A stretch of 64,000 bases of DNA from NCBI GenBank assembly GCA_000004985.1, contig GG738858.1; one strand, written 5' to 3'. Below the pieces are notes generated by a model. That model was not told the DNA's origin. It did no database searches and saw only the letters and a program-made list of their open reading frames with translations. Every line of letters starts with the position of its first letter. The first letter of the stretch is position 1. A program made the position numbers and the translations under genes. Shown in pieces: positions 38,307 to 48,181 of the stretch. The DNA is from Naegleria gruberi. Lineage: Eukaryota.

Positions 38307-39165
38307 AATTTTTTAAACAAAGAATAAACATTTTATTTGTATATTTACACTACATTAAATAATAAATTAATAATATTAATTAAATTAAATATTAAATTAA
38401 TAATATTAATTAAATTAAATAATAATACTAATATTAATTAATAAATTAAATATTAAATATTAAAGATAATAATTATTATTTTTTAATCTATTTTCATAAT
38501 GTAATAATTGTAATTCAAAACCAGTATTAGGTTGTACAATATTTCTTTTTTGTTTAACGAATTGTAAAGTATTAAAATAAGACCATTGATTTTTTCTCAT
38601 TAAATATGCAATTAAAATGGAAGCACTTCTACTTTTACCTTTCATACAATGTATTAAAACATTTTCATTATTATTTAAACATTTATCAATATAATTAAAT
38701 GATTCATCAAATGTATGATCTATTTGTTCATCTGACATGTCATATAAATGTAAATTTAAATATGAAAATCCTTCATTAGGATAAAATGGTTCTAATGATT
38801 TTACACAAGTTACAATATTTGTTATATTATGATTTTTTAATTCAGGTACATTCATTGCATCATTTATATCTCCTAAATATAAATTATCAGTTATTTTAGA
38901 GGCTAAAAAATTATTTGAATATGGTAAATAATATCTAACTTGTTGATGGGCTTGATAATAATATGATAATACTGATCGGAATATTGATGATTTTGTATAT
39001 TTTACATTATTATTTGTATTATTATTTGTATTGGTATTAATAGTTTGATCATCAGTTGATTGATCAGTAATAGTTGTTGTTGTTGGAGTGGTTGGAGTGG
39101 TTGGAGTATTATTTGAAGCCATTTTTTTTTTAAATGAATTTATTAATAGAAATATCTATTTATTG
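38307..39165. repeat. Tandem direct repeat, copy A (high-identity core: 3' flank + DUSP CDS + ~45 bp upstream of its ATG)
   Basis: Near-identical to 39986..40835. The AT-rich block 38327..38459 is base-for-base identical to 39999..40138. The copy is truncated on the left by the N gap. Confidence 0.9.
38460..39122 (-). CDS. Dual-specificity protein phosphatase (DUSP family), copy 1, 220 aa, single exon
   Basis: ORF with the catalytic motif VLIHCMKGKSRSASILIAYLM (HCxxGxxRS P-loop of Cys-based PTP/DUSP). The N-terminus has a Thr/Pro/Asn-rich low-complexity region. The ATG is preceded by an A10 run. Confidence 0.85.
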   Translation of the reverse strand: MASNNTPTTPTTPTTTTITDQSTDDQTINTNTNNNTNNNVKYTKSSIFRSVLSYYYQAHQQVRYYLPYSNNFLASKITDNLYLGDINDAMNVPELKNHNITNIVTCVKSLEPFYPNEGFSYLNLHLYDMSDEQIDHTFDESFNYIDKCLNNNENVLIHCMKGKSRSASILIAYLMRKNQWSYFNTLQFVKQKRNIVQPNTGFELQLLHYENRLKNNNYYL

Positions 39166-39719
39166 CAAATGAAAAGTGAACATCACGTTTGAAATTAATA
39201 CTTCTTTAGAGGGCTTGGTAATTAATTAAATTTTCAATTTTCTCCTTCATTCACTATTATTTTATATAACAAAGCATCAATATTGAAGGTCTATTGTTAA
39301 TACTCACTGCATCTTTGAAAAAAAACAGATCTTCTTAAGGTGAAATTCATAGAATGTCGTTGAAAATCCAGATGTTTTGTTTAATTTTAAGGCCAACCCA
39401 GATTCGTTTTATATTTCTATGATGTCTTCCTGCGTTTAATTAATAACAATGGTAAGGTCATGTTGACCACGTAATATCATGAACATTTAACTCAACACGG
39501 GAGCTATTGTTATGATAGGCAATCATATTCAATGGTAGTTCTTCGAACTTGTAAATGAGGTACGCTATTGATAACGACAACAATGGATTACAAATAGTCT
39601 AAGTGGTGTTTAGATGTACGCGCAAATTTCGGTTGTTCATTTAATATTTTATTTTAAGTCTATATATTACTGTATATTTCCAATCAACCGCTGTCAAGTT
39701 TGATTTTTGTAACCTGTAA

Positions 39720-39769
39720 NNNNNNNNNNNNNNNNNNNNNNNNNNNNNNNNNNNNNNNNNNNNNNNNNN
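39720..39769. other. Assembly gap (50 N), plus a single ambiguous base at 39812
   Basis: N-run inside the diverged 5' flank of DUSP copy 1. Confidence 0.99.
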
Positions 39770-39985
39770 TATCAAAAGAGAAAGATTAACATGTTAGAGC
39801 TCAATATCTCTATGGCTATATNTCAGCTGTTCAATAGAGATGATATATTGTATAATGGAATCTGTTGCTACTACTACATGGTGCTCTTACTAATTTTGAA
39901 GAAGTGCATCTAATACTACTAAAACTATATTGTTGAGTTTAAAACACAAGAATATCTTTGAAAATCTAGTTGACACACTAATAAT

Positions 39986-40835
39986 AAATTTTTAAACAAA
40001 GAATAAACATTTTATTTGTATATTTACACTACATTAAATAATAAATTAATAATATTAATTAAATTAAATATTAAATTAATAATATTAATTAAATTAAATA
40101 ATAATACTAATATTAATTAATAAATTAAATATTAAATATTAAAGATAATAATTATTATTTTTTAATCTATTTTCATAATGTAATAATTGTAATTCAAAAC
40201 CAGTATTAGGTTGTACAATATTTCTTTTTTGTTTAACGAATTGTAAAGTATTAAAATAAGACCATTGATTTTTTCTCATTAAATATGCAATTAAAATGGA
40301 AGCACTTCTACTTTTACCTTTCATACAATGTATTAAAACATTTTCATTATTATTTAAACATTTATCAATATAATTAAATGATTCATCAAATGTATGATCT
40401 ATTTGTTCATCTGACATGTCATATAAATGTAAATTTAAATATGAAAATCCTTCATTAGGATAAAATGGTTCTAATGATTTTACACAAGTTACTATATTTG
40501 TTATATTATGATTTTTTAATTCAGGTACATTCATTGCATCATTTATATCTCCTAAATATAAATTATCAGTTATTTTAGAGGCTAAAAAATTATTTGAATA
40601 TGGTAAATAATATCTAACTTGTTGATGGGCTTGATAATAATATGATAATACTGATCGGAATATTGATGATTTTGTATATTTTACATTATTATTTGTATTA
40701 TTATTTGTATTGGTATTAATAGTTTCATCATCAGTTGATCGATCAGTAATAGTTATTGTTGTTGGAGTGGTTGGAGTATTATTTGAAGCCATTTTTTTTT
40801 AAATGAATTTATTAATAGAAATATCTATTTTATTG
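39986..40835. repeat. Tandem direct repeat, copy B (high-identity core)
   Basis: Same as copy A, offset by 1679 bp (CDS starts 38460 vs 40139). Diverged homology (~70%, many indels) continues at 40836..~41690 vs 39166..39719. Confidence 0.9.
40139..40792 (-). CDS. Dual-specificity protein phosphatase (DUSP family), copy 2, 217 aa
   Basis: About 97-98% identical to copy 1. It differs by a 9-nt indel in the TTPTT repeat and a few substitutions. It carries the same HCMKGKSRS active site. Confidence 0.85.
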   Translation of the reverse strand: MASNNTPTTPTTITITDRSTDDETINTNTNNNTNNNVKYTKSSIFRSVLSYYYQAHQQVRYYLPYSNNFLASKITDNLYLGDINDAMNVPELKNHNITNIVTCVKSLEPFYPNEGFSYLNLHLYDMSDEQIDHTFDESFNYIDKCLNNNENVLIHCMKGKSRSASILIAYLMRKNQWSYFNTLQFVKQKRNIVQPNTGFELQLLHYENRLKNNNYYL

Positions 40836-42460
40836 AGAAAGTACTCAAATGAAAAGTGAACAATTTTACATTATCATCACGTTTGAAATTAATTTCTCCT
40901 GAGGAAGATTTTGAAAATACTCTTGTCAGAGCGCTTTGTAATTAATTAAATTTTCAATTTTCTCCTTCACATTTTAACTGACTTGAATAATTCACTAAGC
41001 ATTCAACATTGACTCAATTTTGAGCCATTATTTTTATTTTATTGAAAGCTGAAGGTCTATTGTTAGCACTGGATTTTGTAAAAAAGAGATTCTTCTAAGG
41101 TGTGAAATTCATAGAAGAAAAGAATGTCGAATATCCCGATGTTTGATTCACCCCTATGTCTAATAATAAGCGATTGAAGGATTCGTATTTCAAGTCAATT
41201 GTTAGAGGGTTGGAGAATGTGTACGAAATTGGCATCTGCTGAGAGAAAGGACAGTTCGTTTACTCTTTTACAAGACTCCTCTGCAACAATTTGTACATTA
41301 TAGGAAGGCCTTGATTGGTGAGTATAATATACGAATATTATCAAGAAGCGAAGCAGGATCCTATTGTCAAGAGCCAACCAGAAACTGTAGTACACTCCAC
41401 TACTGCTTCTGCTTCTGCTTCAGTAGACCACGTAATATCACGAACATCTAAAACTCACCAAGTTCACTGCTACCGTTATTATTGTCAAGTATATTCACTA
41501 CTATTTTCAAACTTGTATATGAGGTGCAGTTATGAAAACGGCAACAACAAATTGAAACTAGTCTAAGTTGTGTTTTGAGGTACGCATCAGCTGGATACAT
41601 TTAGCTTGGTAATGGTTCATTGTATATTTTGATTAAGTCTATAACTGAATATTTATCCGCTGTTAAGTTTGAATAGCATAACATTTTTGCACTATGGTAA
41701 ACTTTTACGATCCGAGGTGAAACTTTAAGTTTTCTATCAGTATTTATTCTTTCCATTATATTATTTTATTTGCATTGTATATACATCTGTTATGTGTTGC
41801 TACTATTTTCTAAATTGCTAGTATACACACCGACTATCAACGAAGAACTTAATAAATGTCTAACAATACTTTATCAAGAAACTATCACATTAGAAGATCA
41901 ACAATGGAAAATGAATACGCACCTACACACATTTCTATTACTCTGTTGCCTTGTGAATAAATGTAAGTTGTTTTTGTCTCTTGCATAAATAACTATTTGA
42001 TAGGCCGCCTTGATAATTCTTTACTAAATTGTTTTTAATCATCTTTGCAAATTGGGTATGCCTTCTGATTCTCCTCCTGCCTTCATGATTAGTTCTTGGT
42101 TATTAAAATGGTTTGGAGGAAACTGGAAGAGGAGCAGAAAATCTTCCTTTAATGTTGTTCATTCGATTTGATAACTAACAATCCCAGAAGATGTACTTTG
42201 GATAAGAATAATTCATTCAATTACCTGGCGATATTGGAGAGTATGAAGATTGTGGATCGAGTGGAGGAGTCATGTTGGGAACAAACAATCCAGTCAAGAG
42301 TAATCCACTCTCCAATCTTGACATTTCACTTGTTGATAAGCAGAGACTTTTAATGCAAAAATTCAACTTGCCTTTCATTGTGAGAACAGGTTCAACATTT
42401 CAAGATATTCATAATCAAAAAGATGAGAATTTTAAAATTCAAGTTAATTTATTATTGAAT

Positions 42461-43093
42461 TTACAAAGCACCACAATCAGCAATCTTAACTTCAGACAAT
42501 GGAGTATCACGTTGGTTAGTCTTTGATCCTTCAATCTTCTTAATAATTTCATAACCTTCAACAACCTTTCCGAAAACAACGTGCTTACCGTCCAACCATG
42601 GGCATGGAACAGTAGTAACGAAGAATTGGGAACCATTGGTATTCTTACCAGCATTAGCCATTGACAACAATCCTGGAATGGTGTGCTTTTCCTTAAAGTT
42701 TTCATCTTCAAACTTTGTACCATAGATGGACTTACCACCAGTACCATTAAAGTTAGTAAAATCACCACCTTGAATCATGAAATCTTTAATGACTATTTAC
42801 ATGATTGTATTATTAATATTATATTATTATTAATATTATTGTTGGTTAGCAAGTAGTGTTGGTTGGTTGGTTGATATAAATAATTTTAGATTAATAAAGG
42901 CTTGATAATAATATTAAAATAACATACCTCTGTGGAAGATAGAACCCTTGTATCCGAATCCCTTTTCTCCAGTACACAAAGCTCTGAAGTTTTCAGCAGT
43001 CTTTGGGACAATATCATTGTACAATTCAAAGACAACTCTACCAGCTGGGGCAGCACCGATGGTAATATCAAAGAAAACTCTTGATCTAGACAT
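42461..43093 (-). CDS. Cyclophilin A-type peptidyl-prolyl cis-trans isomerase, 165 aa; complement(join(42461..42792,42928..43093)); intron 42793..42927 (135 nt)
   Basis: Exon 1 by hand translation: [55 protein letters not shown]. Then a GTATGT donor, an AT-rich intron and an AATAG acceptor. Exon 2 reads [25 protein letters not shown]...KIADCGAL (supplied ORF 42461..42778). The total of 498 nt gives 165 aa, the canonical cyclophilin A length. Confidence 0.85.
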
Positions 43094-43405
43094 TTTTTTT
43101 CAAGTTTTAAAATATTTTATTAATTCCGTCAAGGTTGAAAAACTTTTTTGATAGGAGCGAGCTTAATCAAGCCTCCACCAACAACACAACAACATTCAAG
43201 TGGCTTTAGTTTACAATAGATTTTGTATTTTCATTTTAACTTACATCATGACTAATTAGATCTTTTCAATTAATTAATACAATAACAAGAATAAGAATGT
43301 TACTAATTTGAAATTTTATTGAATAGTTTTAATTGTTGTTTCATGTATTTTCATTTAAACACAAAGGCTTTTAAATGATCAAAAGTCTAAAATCTATTAA
43401 AATGA

Positions 43406-44866
43406 TTAATCCAAATCATCAAAATTCTTTTCACCACTACCACCACTACCATCATTATCATCACCATGACTACTACCATGACTATTATTATTATTATTAA
43501 TATTATTAATATTATGTTCATGTTGTTGTAAATCTTCATTAAAAGTATTTAAATTAATCATTTGACCATTTTCATCAATTTTAATTAAAGTACCAGGTTT
43601 AACTAAATTTCTAGTTTGAATTGCTTGAATAATTTGATCTAAATTTGAATTATTTAATTCAATTAATTTATCTAAATATGGATGTAAATATTCCAAACCA
43701 AAAGGTAAATCTGAAATTAATTGTAAACATTCAATAGTTAATTGTTGAATAAAAATAGGAAAATTAGAATTTAATTGATAATATAATAAATCAAATAAAT
43801 TTAAATTTGTATCATTTGCATAAATTATATTTGGAATTAAATTTTTTTTAAATAAACAATTTTTTAAAATTGCTAAAATTGATCTTCTTCTTAAACATTT
43901 ATCTTGTTGAATATCTAAATTATTTAATAAATCTAAATTATTATTTTTAAATAATAATAAATGTAAATATGATATATTACAATTATTATTTACAATTATA
44001 TATTTAGCATGATCATTTACACTTAAATTACCTAATATAGTAGGTATTAAATGTGATGATATTAATGATATTTTTAATTCATTCATTGGTCTATTAAAAT
44101 AATTAATTAATTTCATTATATTATATTCTTTTAATTCATCTAAATTATCTGAATCAGAATCAGAATCTGACTCAGTGTCAGAATCATCATCTGAATCATC
44201 TGAATCATTAGATTTTAAATTAGCCTTTTTTAATTTTTTTAAAGTTTCTTCAATTGTTTTCATATTTAAAAATTTTAATCTTGCTTGTTCAGAATTTGAA
44301 GTTAAATTTGATAATAATAATAAAATACATTCTAATGTATCTTTATCATTTTGATTTAATTCATTATTTAATTCTCTTCTTTCCATTTTAATAAAAATAT
44401 TCATTAAAATTTGAATTAAATCATTTTTAACCATTTCATTAAAAAATATAGTTGATTCATCTTGTGATAATAAAATTAAACATGAAATTGATAATTTTGA
44501 TACAAAATGTGATTTATCACTTGTTAAATTAACAAGTGTTTTAATACATTTTTCTAATACTCTAATTGTAAATCTTAAATTATTTAAATATTCTTCAATT
44601 CTTAAAAATTTTAATAAATTTGATAATCCTGTTATACGAACTTGTTCATTATTATGTGAACAAAAATCAATTAATTCTTCAAAACTTTGTTTTTCTTCTC
44701 TTGTTAACATTCCAATATTTGATGATTTTTTAATAGTACTTGTACTAGTAATATTATTATTATTATTATTATTATTAGAATCGTCATCAATTGTTACAGT
44801 ATTAGATAATGATGAAGGCTTGTTGTTGTTGGTAGTAGAAGCCTTGTCGTTGTTATTGTTGGACAT
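43406..44866 (-). CDS. ARM/HEAT-like protein, probable HGH1 (FAM203) homolog, 486 aa, with poly-Asn N-terminus and an acidic Ser/Asp repeat insert
   Basis: Long ORF. Motifs LSNLTSNSEQARLKFL and RRRSILAILKNCLF resemble the conserved LSNLS.....AR.FL and RRGGVVGTLRNCCF blocks of HGH1 proteins. The DSDDSDDDSDTESDSDSDSD tract and N-runs are typical Dictyostelid inserts. Confidence 0.5.
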   Translation of the reverse strand: MSNNNNDKASTTNNNKPSSLSNTVTIDDDSNNNNNNNNITSTSTIKKSSNIGMLTREEKQSFEELIDFCSHNNEQVRITGLSNLLKFLRIEEYLNNLRFTIRVLEKCIKTLVNLTSDKSHFVSKLSISCLILLSQDESTIFFNEMVKNDLIQILMNIFIKMERRELNNELNQNDKDTLECILLLLSNLTSNSEQARLKFLNMKTIEETLKKLKKANLKSNDSDDSDDDSDTESDSDSDSDNLDELKEYNIMKLINYFNRPMNELKISLISSHLIPTILGNLSVNDHAKYIIVNNNCNISYLHLLLFKNNNLDLLNNLDIQQDKCLRRRSILAILKNCLFKKNLIPNIIYANDTNLNLFDLLYYQLNSNFPIFIQQLTIECLQLISDLPFGLEYLHPYLDKLIELNNSNLDQIIQAIQTRNLVKPGTLIKIDENGQMINLNTFNEDLQQHEHNINNINNNNNSHGSSHGDDNDGSGGSGEKNFDDLD

Positions 44867-45159
44867 TTTTTTTTATTCGTATTGGAAGGAATTAGAGTTA
44901 GACCTCACGAATGATGGAAAGGCTTTCCGAAGGCTTTGACTTCAACAAAATAGCTGAATAATATTATTATTATTATGAATAATCTGGTTTATTATTAAAA
45001 CAATTTAGAGATTATTAGTATCTTGACAAAACTTGGTAACTCCCTCACCAAATGCTTCATTCAAAGTTGGTTTTTCAACTTTTAAATTACTAAATTTACC
45101 ATTTTTAATTTCTTCCATTGCTTTCTTTGATATTTTACAATTAGTAATAATTACACATG

Positions 45160-45513
45160 TTACATGTTCTTTGAATGATTTTTACTTAAACCTTTGCATG
45201 ATTCATCATCATCAGGTTGAACAATTGCCTTTTCAAATTTTTCATAAATTTTAGCAATATCATTACAATATAATGTTCTATTTATGGTTGTATATTTATA
45301 TTGAATAGCTATAATCTTTCCATTTTCAGTACATTGTATTGCATCAATTCCTTCCTGATTTACTTTACTTGATAATTGTAATATATTTGGAATGTATTGT
45401 TCTTTTTCTTTACAAATCTTTGTAACAACTCTAAATACTTCTTCAATAGTTAAATTATTATTATTATTATTATTAATATTTAAATTATTAATATTTAAAT
45501 TATTATTATTTAA

Positions 45514-45546
<33 letters not shown>

Positions 45547-46299
45547 ATTTAAATCTTGTAAAGTAATTTGATTATTATTTTCTTTTAAACAAATTAATTT
45601 TGCTTGTGTAAGAAGTGTTTCTGTTATTTCAAATGGTTTAAAAGCAAGTGAAGAATGATGTTCAGTAAAATATGCCAATATATTATATTTTTGATATAAT
45701 TTACTTTTAAATTCATTTTTAATATCAAAATTTTTAATAAAATATTTAAATAAACAACTTGTAAATATTTTTGGTAATTTATATGTATTTGAATGTTCAT
45801 CAATTGTACAATATTGTAATAATTCAATTGGTATTTCAACATTTAATAATCTATCACATAATTTAATATTAAATATTGAACTTAATAATTTAATAATTAC
45901 ATCTTTAGATAAATTTAATTGAATAATTTCACTGTATAAAATATCATTTAGATTTGTTATTAATGATGAAAATCTTGGACTATATTCATAATCATCTTCA
46001 TTTAAATATTTAAATGATTCATTATTTATTAATATTTTTACTATTTTAGGATGAACTACATCTCCTAATAAGGAATGTAAACGATTGAATATTGATGGTT
46101 TAATATTTAATAATAGACTATCTATTTTAATTGATGATTTGATAGTACTACTATATTGAATAGTATTTATATTATTATTATTAATATTACAAAAATATTT
46201 AATATTTAAAATATTATTATGAGATTTAATAAATCTAAAAGATGATGATGCTGATGCTGATGATTTAATAACAGTATTAATATATAATCTAGATAACAT
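45160..46299 (-). CDS. Hypothetical protein, 379 aa, N-terminus resembles a mitochondrial presequence (MLSRLYINTVIKSSASASSSFRFIK); a 3' terminal exon at ~45033..45146 is possible
   Basis: Long ORF with AT-rich coding bias and (AAT)n-encoded Asn/LNINN repeats at 45420..45560. It starts with aaaaacaatATG. Function is not recognisable. Confidence 0.6.
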
Positions 46300-46746
46300 A
46301 TTGTTTTTGATAATGAATTAATAGAATTACATCTCAATAGTGTTGATTATTAAGGTTTTAAATGTGACATCAAATGATGATGATGTGATGGATGAAAATA
46401 TTAAGGTGATAATGATATGGTGATGGTGGTGGTGTGTTACTATGAACAATTGTACATCACATCATCAATAGAGTGTGAATATGACTAGTAGATTTAAATA
46501 CAACACCACTATCATTATCATCATCATTATTATTTTGTTGATATCAATTAATTGTTATTCATATAATATTTAATAATAATAATATTAATTAGTATTATTA
46601 TGTAATATTTGGTTTAAAAGCACAGGCTGACTTTGCTTTCAAACATTAGTAGTAATAATCCACATTGGATTTTGTGTTTAATATTGTGAATATTTTGTTC
46701 AACAAATTAACTGATGATTTTCAAAATAATAATAATAGCTGAATAA

Positions 46747-47787
46747 TTGAATAAAATGTCACCAGCAGTTTCATCAAATAAGAGTAGTAGACATCAACAA
46801 CAACAACAACGAGGAAGTAGTGGAGTAGTAAATCAATCCCAAATAGCCTCCAAATCATCATCATCAACACAACAAAAACCAATTAAATTATTACCAATTT
46901 TACAACAAGCATCAGAGGCTTCTAACAACAAGCCTTCCTCTAACAAAAAGCCTTCTTCAATAATTGAAGAACAACAAAACAAGGCTAGTTTAGTATCGGA
47001 GCCTAAAATTATTAAATTTTCCTCTCTAGTCAATTTAGAATCTATTAAAAATCCATATGATATTGCATCATCCAATCATGATAATAATATAAATTTTAAT
47101 AACAAACATTCATCATTAGATGGTAAAGAAAAACAAATAGCCTTAACAATACGTGAAAAGAAGGAATTGAAACAATTAGAACATTCCAAATATATGGAAA
47201 AATTAAAAGAATATTCTCAAGATATTAAACATACACGTAAAGGTGAAGCCTTTGATATTGAAAATAATAGATATATATCTAGAAAGAATGAATTACAAAA
47301 AGAAATGGATCAATTAACATTTGAAATGAAAAAATTTGTCTATGATCAAACATTTAACAAATCCCAAAATGGAAATATGGTTACAAATCAAGAATTATCA
47401 GAAAAACAAAAATTTAAAATTAAACAAATGATGAAAGAAGAATATAGACAACAAGGTAAAGATGTATCTTCTTTAAATGAAAAGTCTAAATATGTTAATT
47501 ATAAAGAATTTAAACAAGAAAAACAAAAAGAATTAAAAATGGAAAGAATTGAAACTAGAGAAATGATTAAAAATGGAATTTTAGATAAAAAACAATTAAG
47601 AAAAAAGAGATTAATGGAACAACAACGTAAATCTTCACAAACTAGAAAATTTTATGCTAAACATGGTGCTCCTAATGAAATTGGTGTTGCTGCTATTAAA
47701 TCTAAATATGGTAAAGGTGGTGCTGTTGGTAAATGGAAAGGTGGTATGTTACATATTAGGAAGGAAGATTTATATACTTTAAAATAA
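46747..47787 (+). CDS. Hypothetical Lys/Glu-rich coiled-coil protein, 346 aa (nucleolar-type basic tail)
   Basis: Long ORF with poly-Gln and a Ser-rich N-terminus. The C-terminus reads KFYAKHGAPNEIGVAAIKSKYGKGGAVGKWKGGMLHIRKEDLYTLK. An alternative start is the Met at 46756 (aaaATG). Confidence 0.6.
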   Translation: MNKMSPAVSSNKSSRHQQQQQRGSSGVVNQSQIASKSSSSTQQKPIKLLPILQQASEASNNKPSSNKKPSSIIEEQQNKASLVSEPKIIKFSSLVNLESIKNPYDIASSNHDNNINFNNKHSSLDGKEKQIALTIREKKELKQLEHSKYMEKLKEYSQDIKHTRKGEAFDIENNRYISRKNELQKEMDQLTFEMKKFVYDQTFNKSQNGNMVTNQELSEKQKFKIKQMMKEEYRQQGKDVSSLNEKSKYVNYKEFKQEKQKELKMERIETREMIKNGILDKKQLRKKRLMEQQRKSSQTRKFYAKHGAPNEIGVAAIKSKYGKGGAVGKWKGGMLHIRKEDLYTLK

Positions 47788-47855
47788 ATATTTTTATTAT
47801 TTATTTTATTTAATTTAATATTTTATTTAATTATATTATATTATATTATTATAAT

Positions 47856-48181
47856 TTATTTTTTATTTAATAATTCTAATAATTGTTCTTGTTTGTTTTT
47901 TAATAATTCCTTTCTCTTTCTCTTCATAATTTTAACATTATCTTTATAAATTGTTAATTTCTTTGAATTATCTTTTTTAACTTTATCTGCAAGTGATTGT
48001 TTTTCATGTTTCTTTTCATCTCTTTTTTTTCTTCTTTCTAATTTTGATTGTTTCTTTTTATCAGATATTTCCTGTATTGAAGAAGAATCCGATGATGATT
48101 GTTCTGTTTGTTGATTTATTTCAATTGATTGTCTATATTCATCAAAGAGACGAAGTTGAAATTCTAAAAGTGATTTACTCA
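47856..48181 (-). CDS. 3' end of a gene encoding a Lys-rich coiled-coil C-terminus (partial; 5' part lies in the N gap)
   Basis: Hand translation of the minus strand gives an open frame: SKSLLEFQLRLFDEYRQSIEINQQTEQSSSDSSSIQEISDKKKQSKLERRKKRDEKKHEKQSLADKVKKDNSKKLTIYKDNVKIMKRKRKELLKNKQEQLLELLNKK*. The stop is at 47856..47858. The frame is open up to the gap edge. No listed ORF covers this because it has no Met. Confidence 0.55.

Noticed and set aside
38327-38459. Possible CRISPR-like or satellite array (aaattaataatattaattaaattaaata repeated)
   Set aside because: There are only two adjacent imperfect copies of a ~28-bp AT unit in a eukaryotic 3' flank, with no spacers and no cas context. It is ordinary AT-rich low-complexity DNA.
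39500-39560. TTCGAAC-containing stretch examined as a possible tRNA (transposon target landmark)
   Set aside because: No cloverleaf-compatible arms, no GTTCGAATC T-loop consensus, and no acceptor-stem pairing could be built by eye.
41195-42526. Short ORFs (66-84 aa) in the complex region downstream of DUSP copy 2
   Set aside because: They are not conserved in the homologous flank of copy 1 (indels break them), they lack coding-type codon bias, and there is no start context. They are treated as non-coding.
42439-42768. 109-aa minus-strand ORF overlapping the cyclophilin exon
   Set aside because: It is an alternative frame of the cyclophilin coding exon and has no independent support. The same applies to 42886..43071 (-) and 42948..43151 (+), which overlap cyclophilin exon 1.
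45624-45842. 72-aa ORF inside the 379-aa gene, and similar embedded ORFs (46833..47075, 55824..56066, 56214..56408, 57414..57647, 57530..57814, 61590..61784, 62585..62791, 53288..53473, 45033..45254 plus strand)
   Set aside because: All are alternative-frame or antisense reads of AT-rich low-complexity coding sequence inside better-supported genes.
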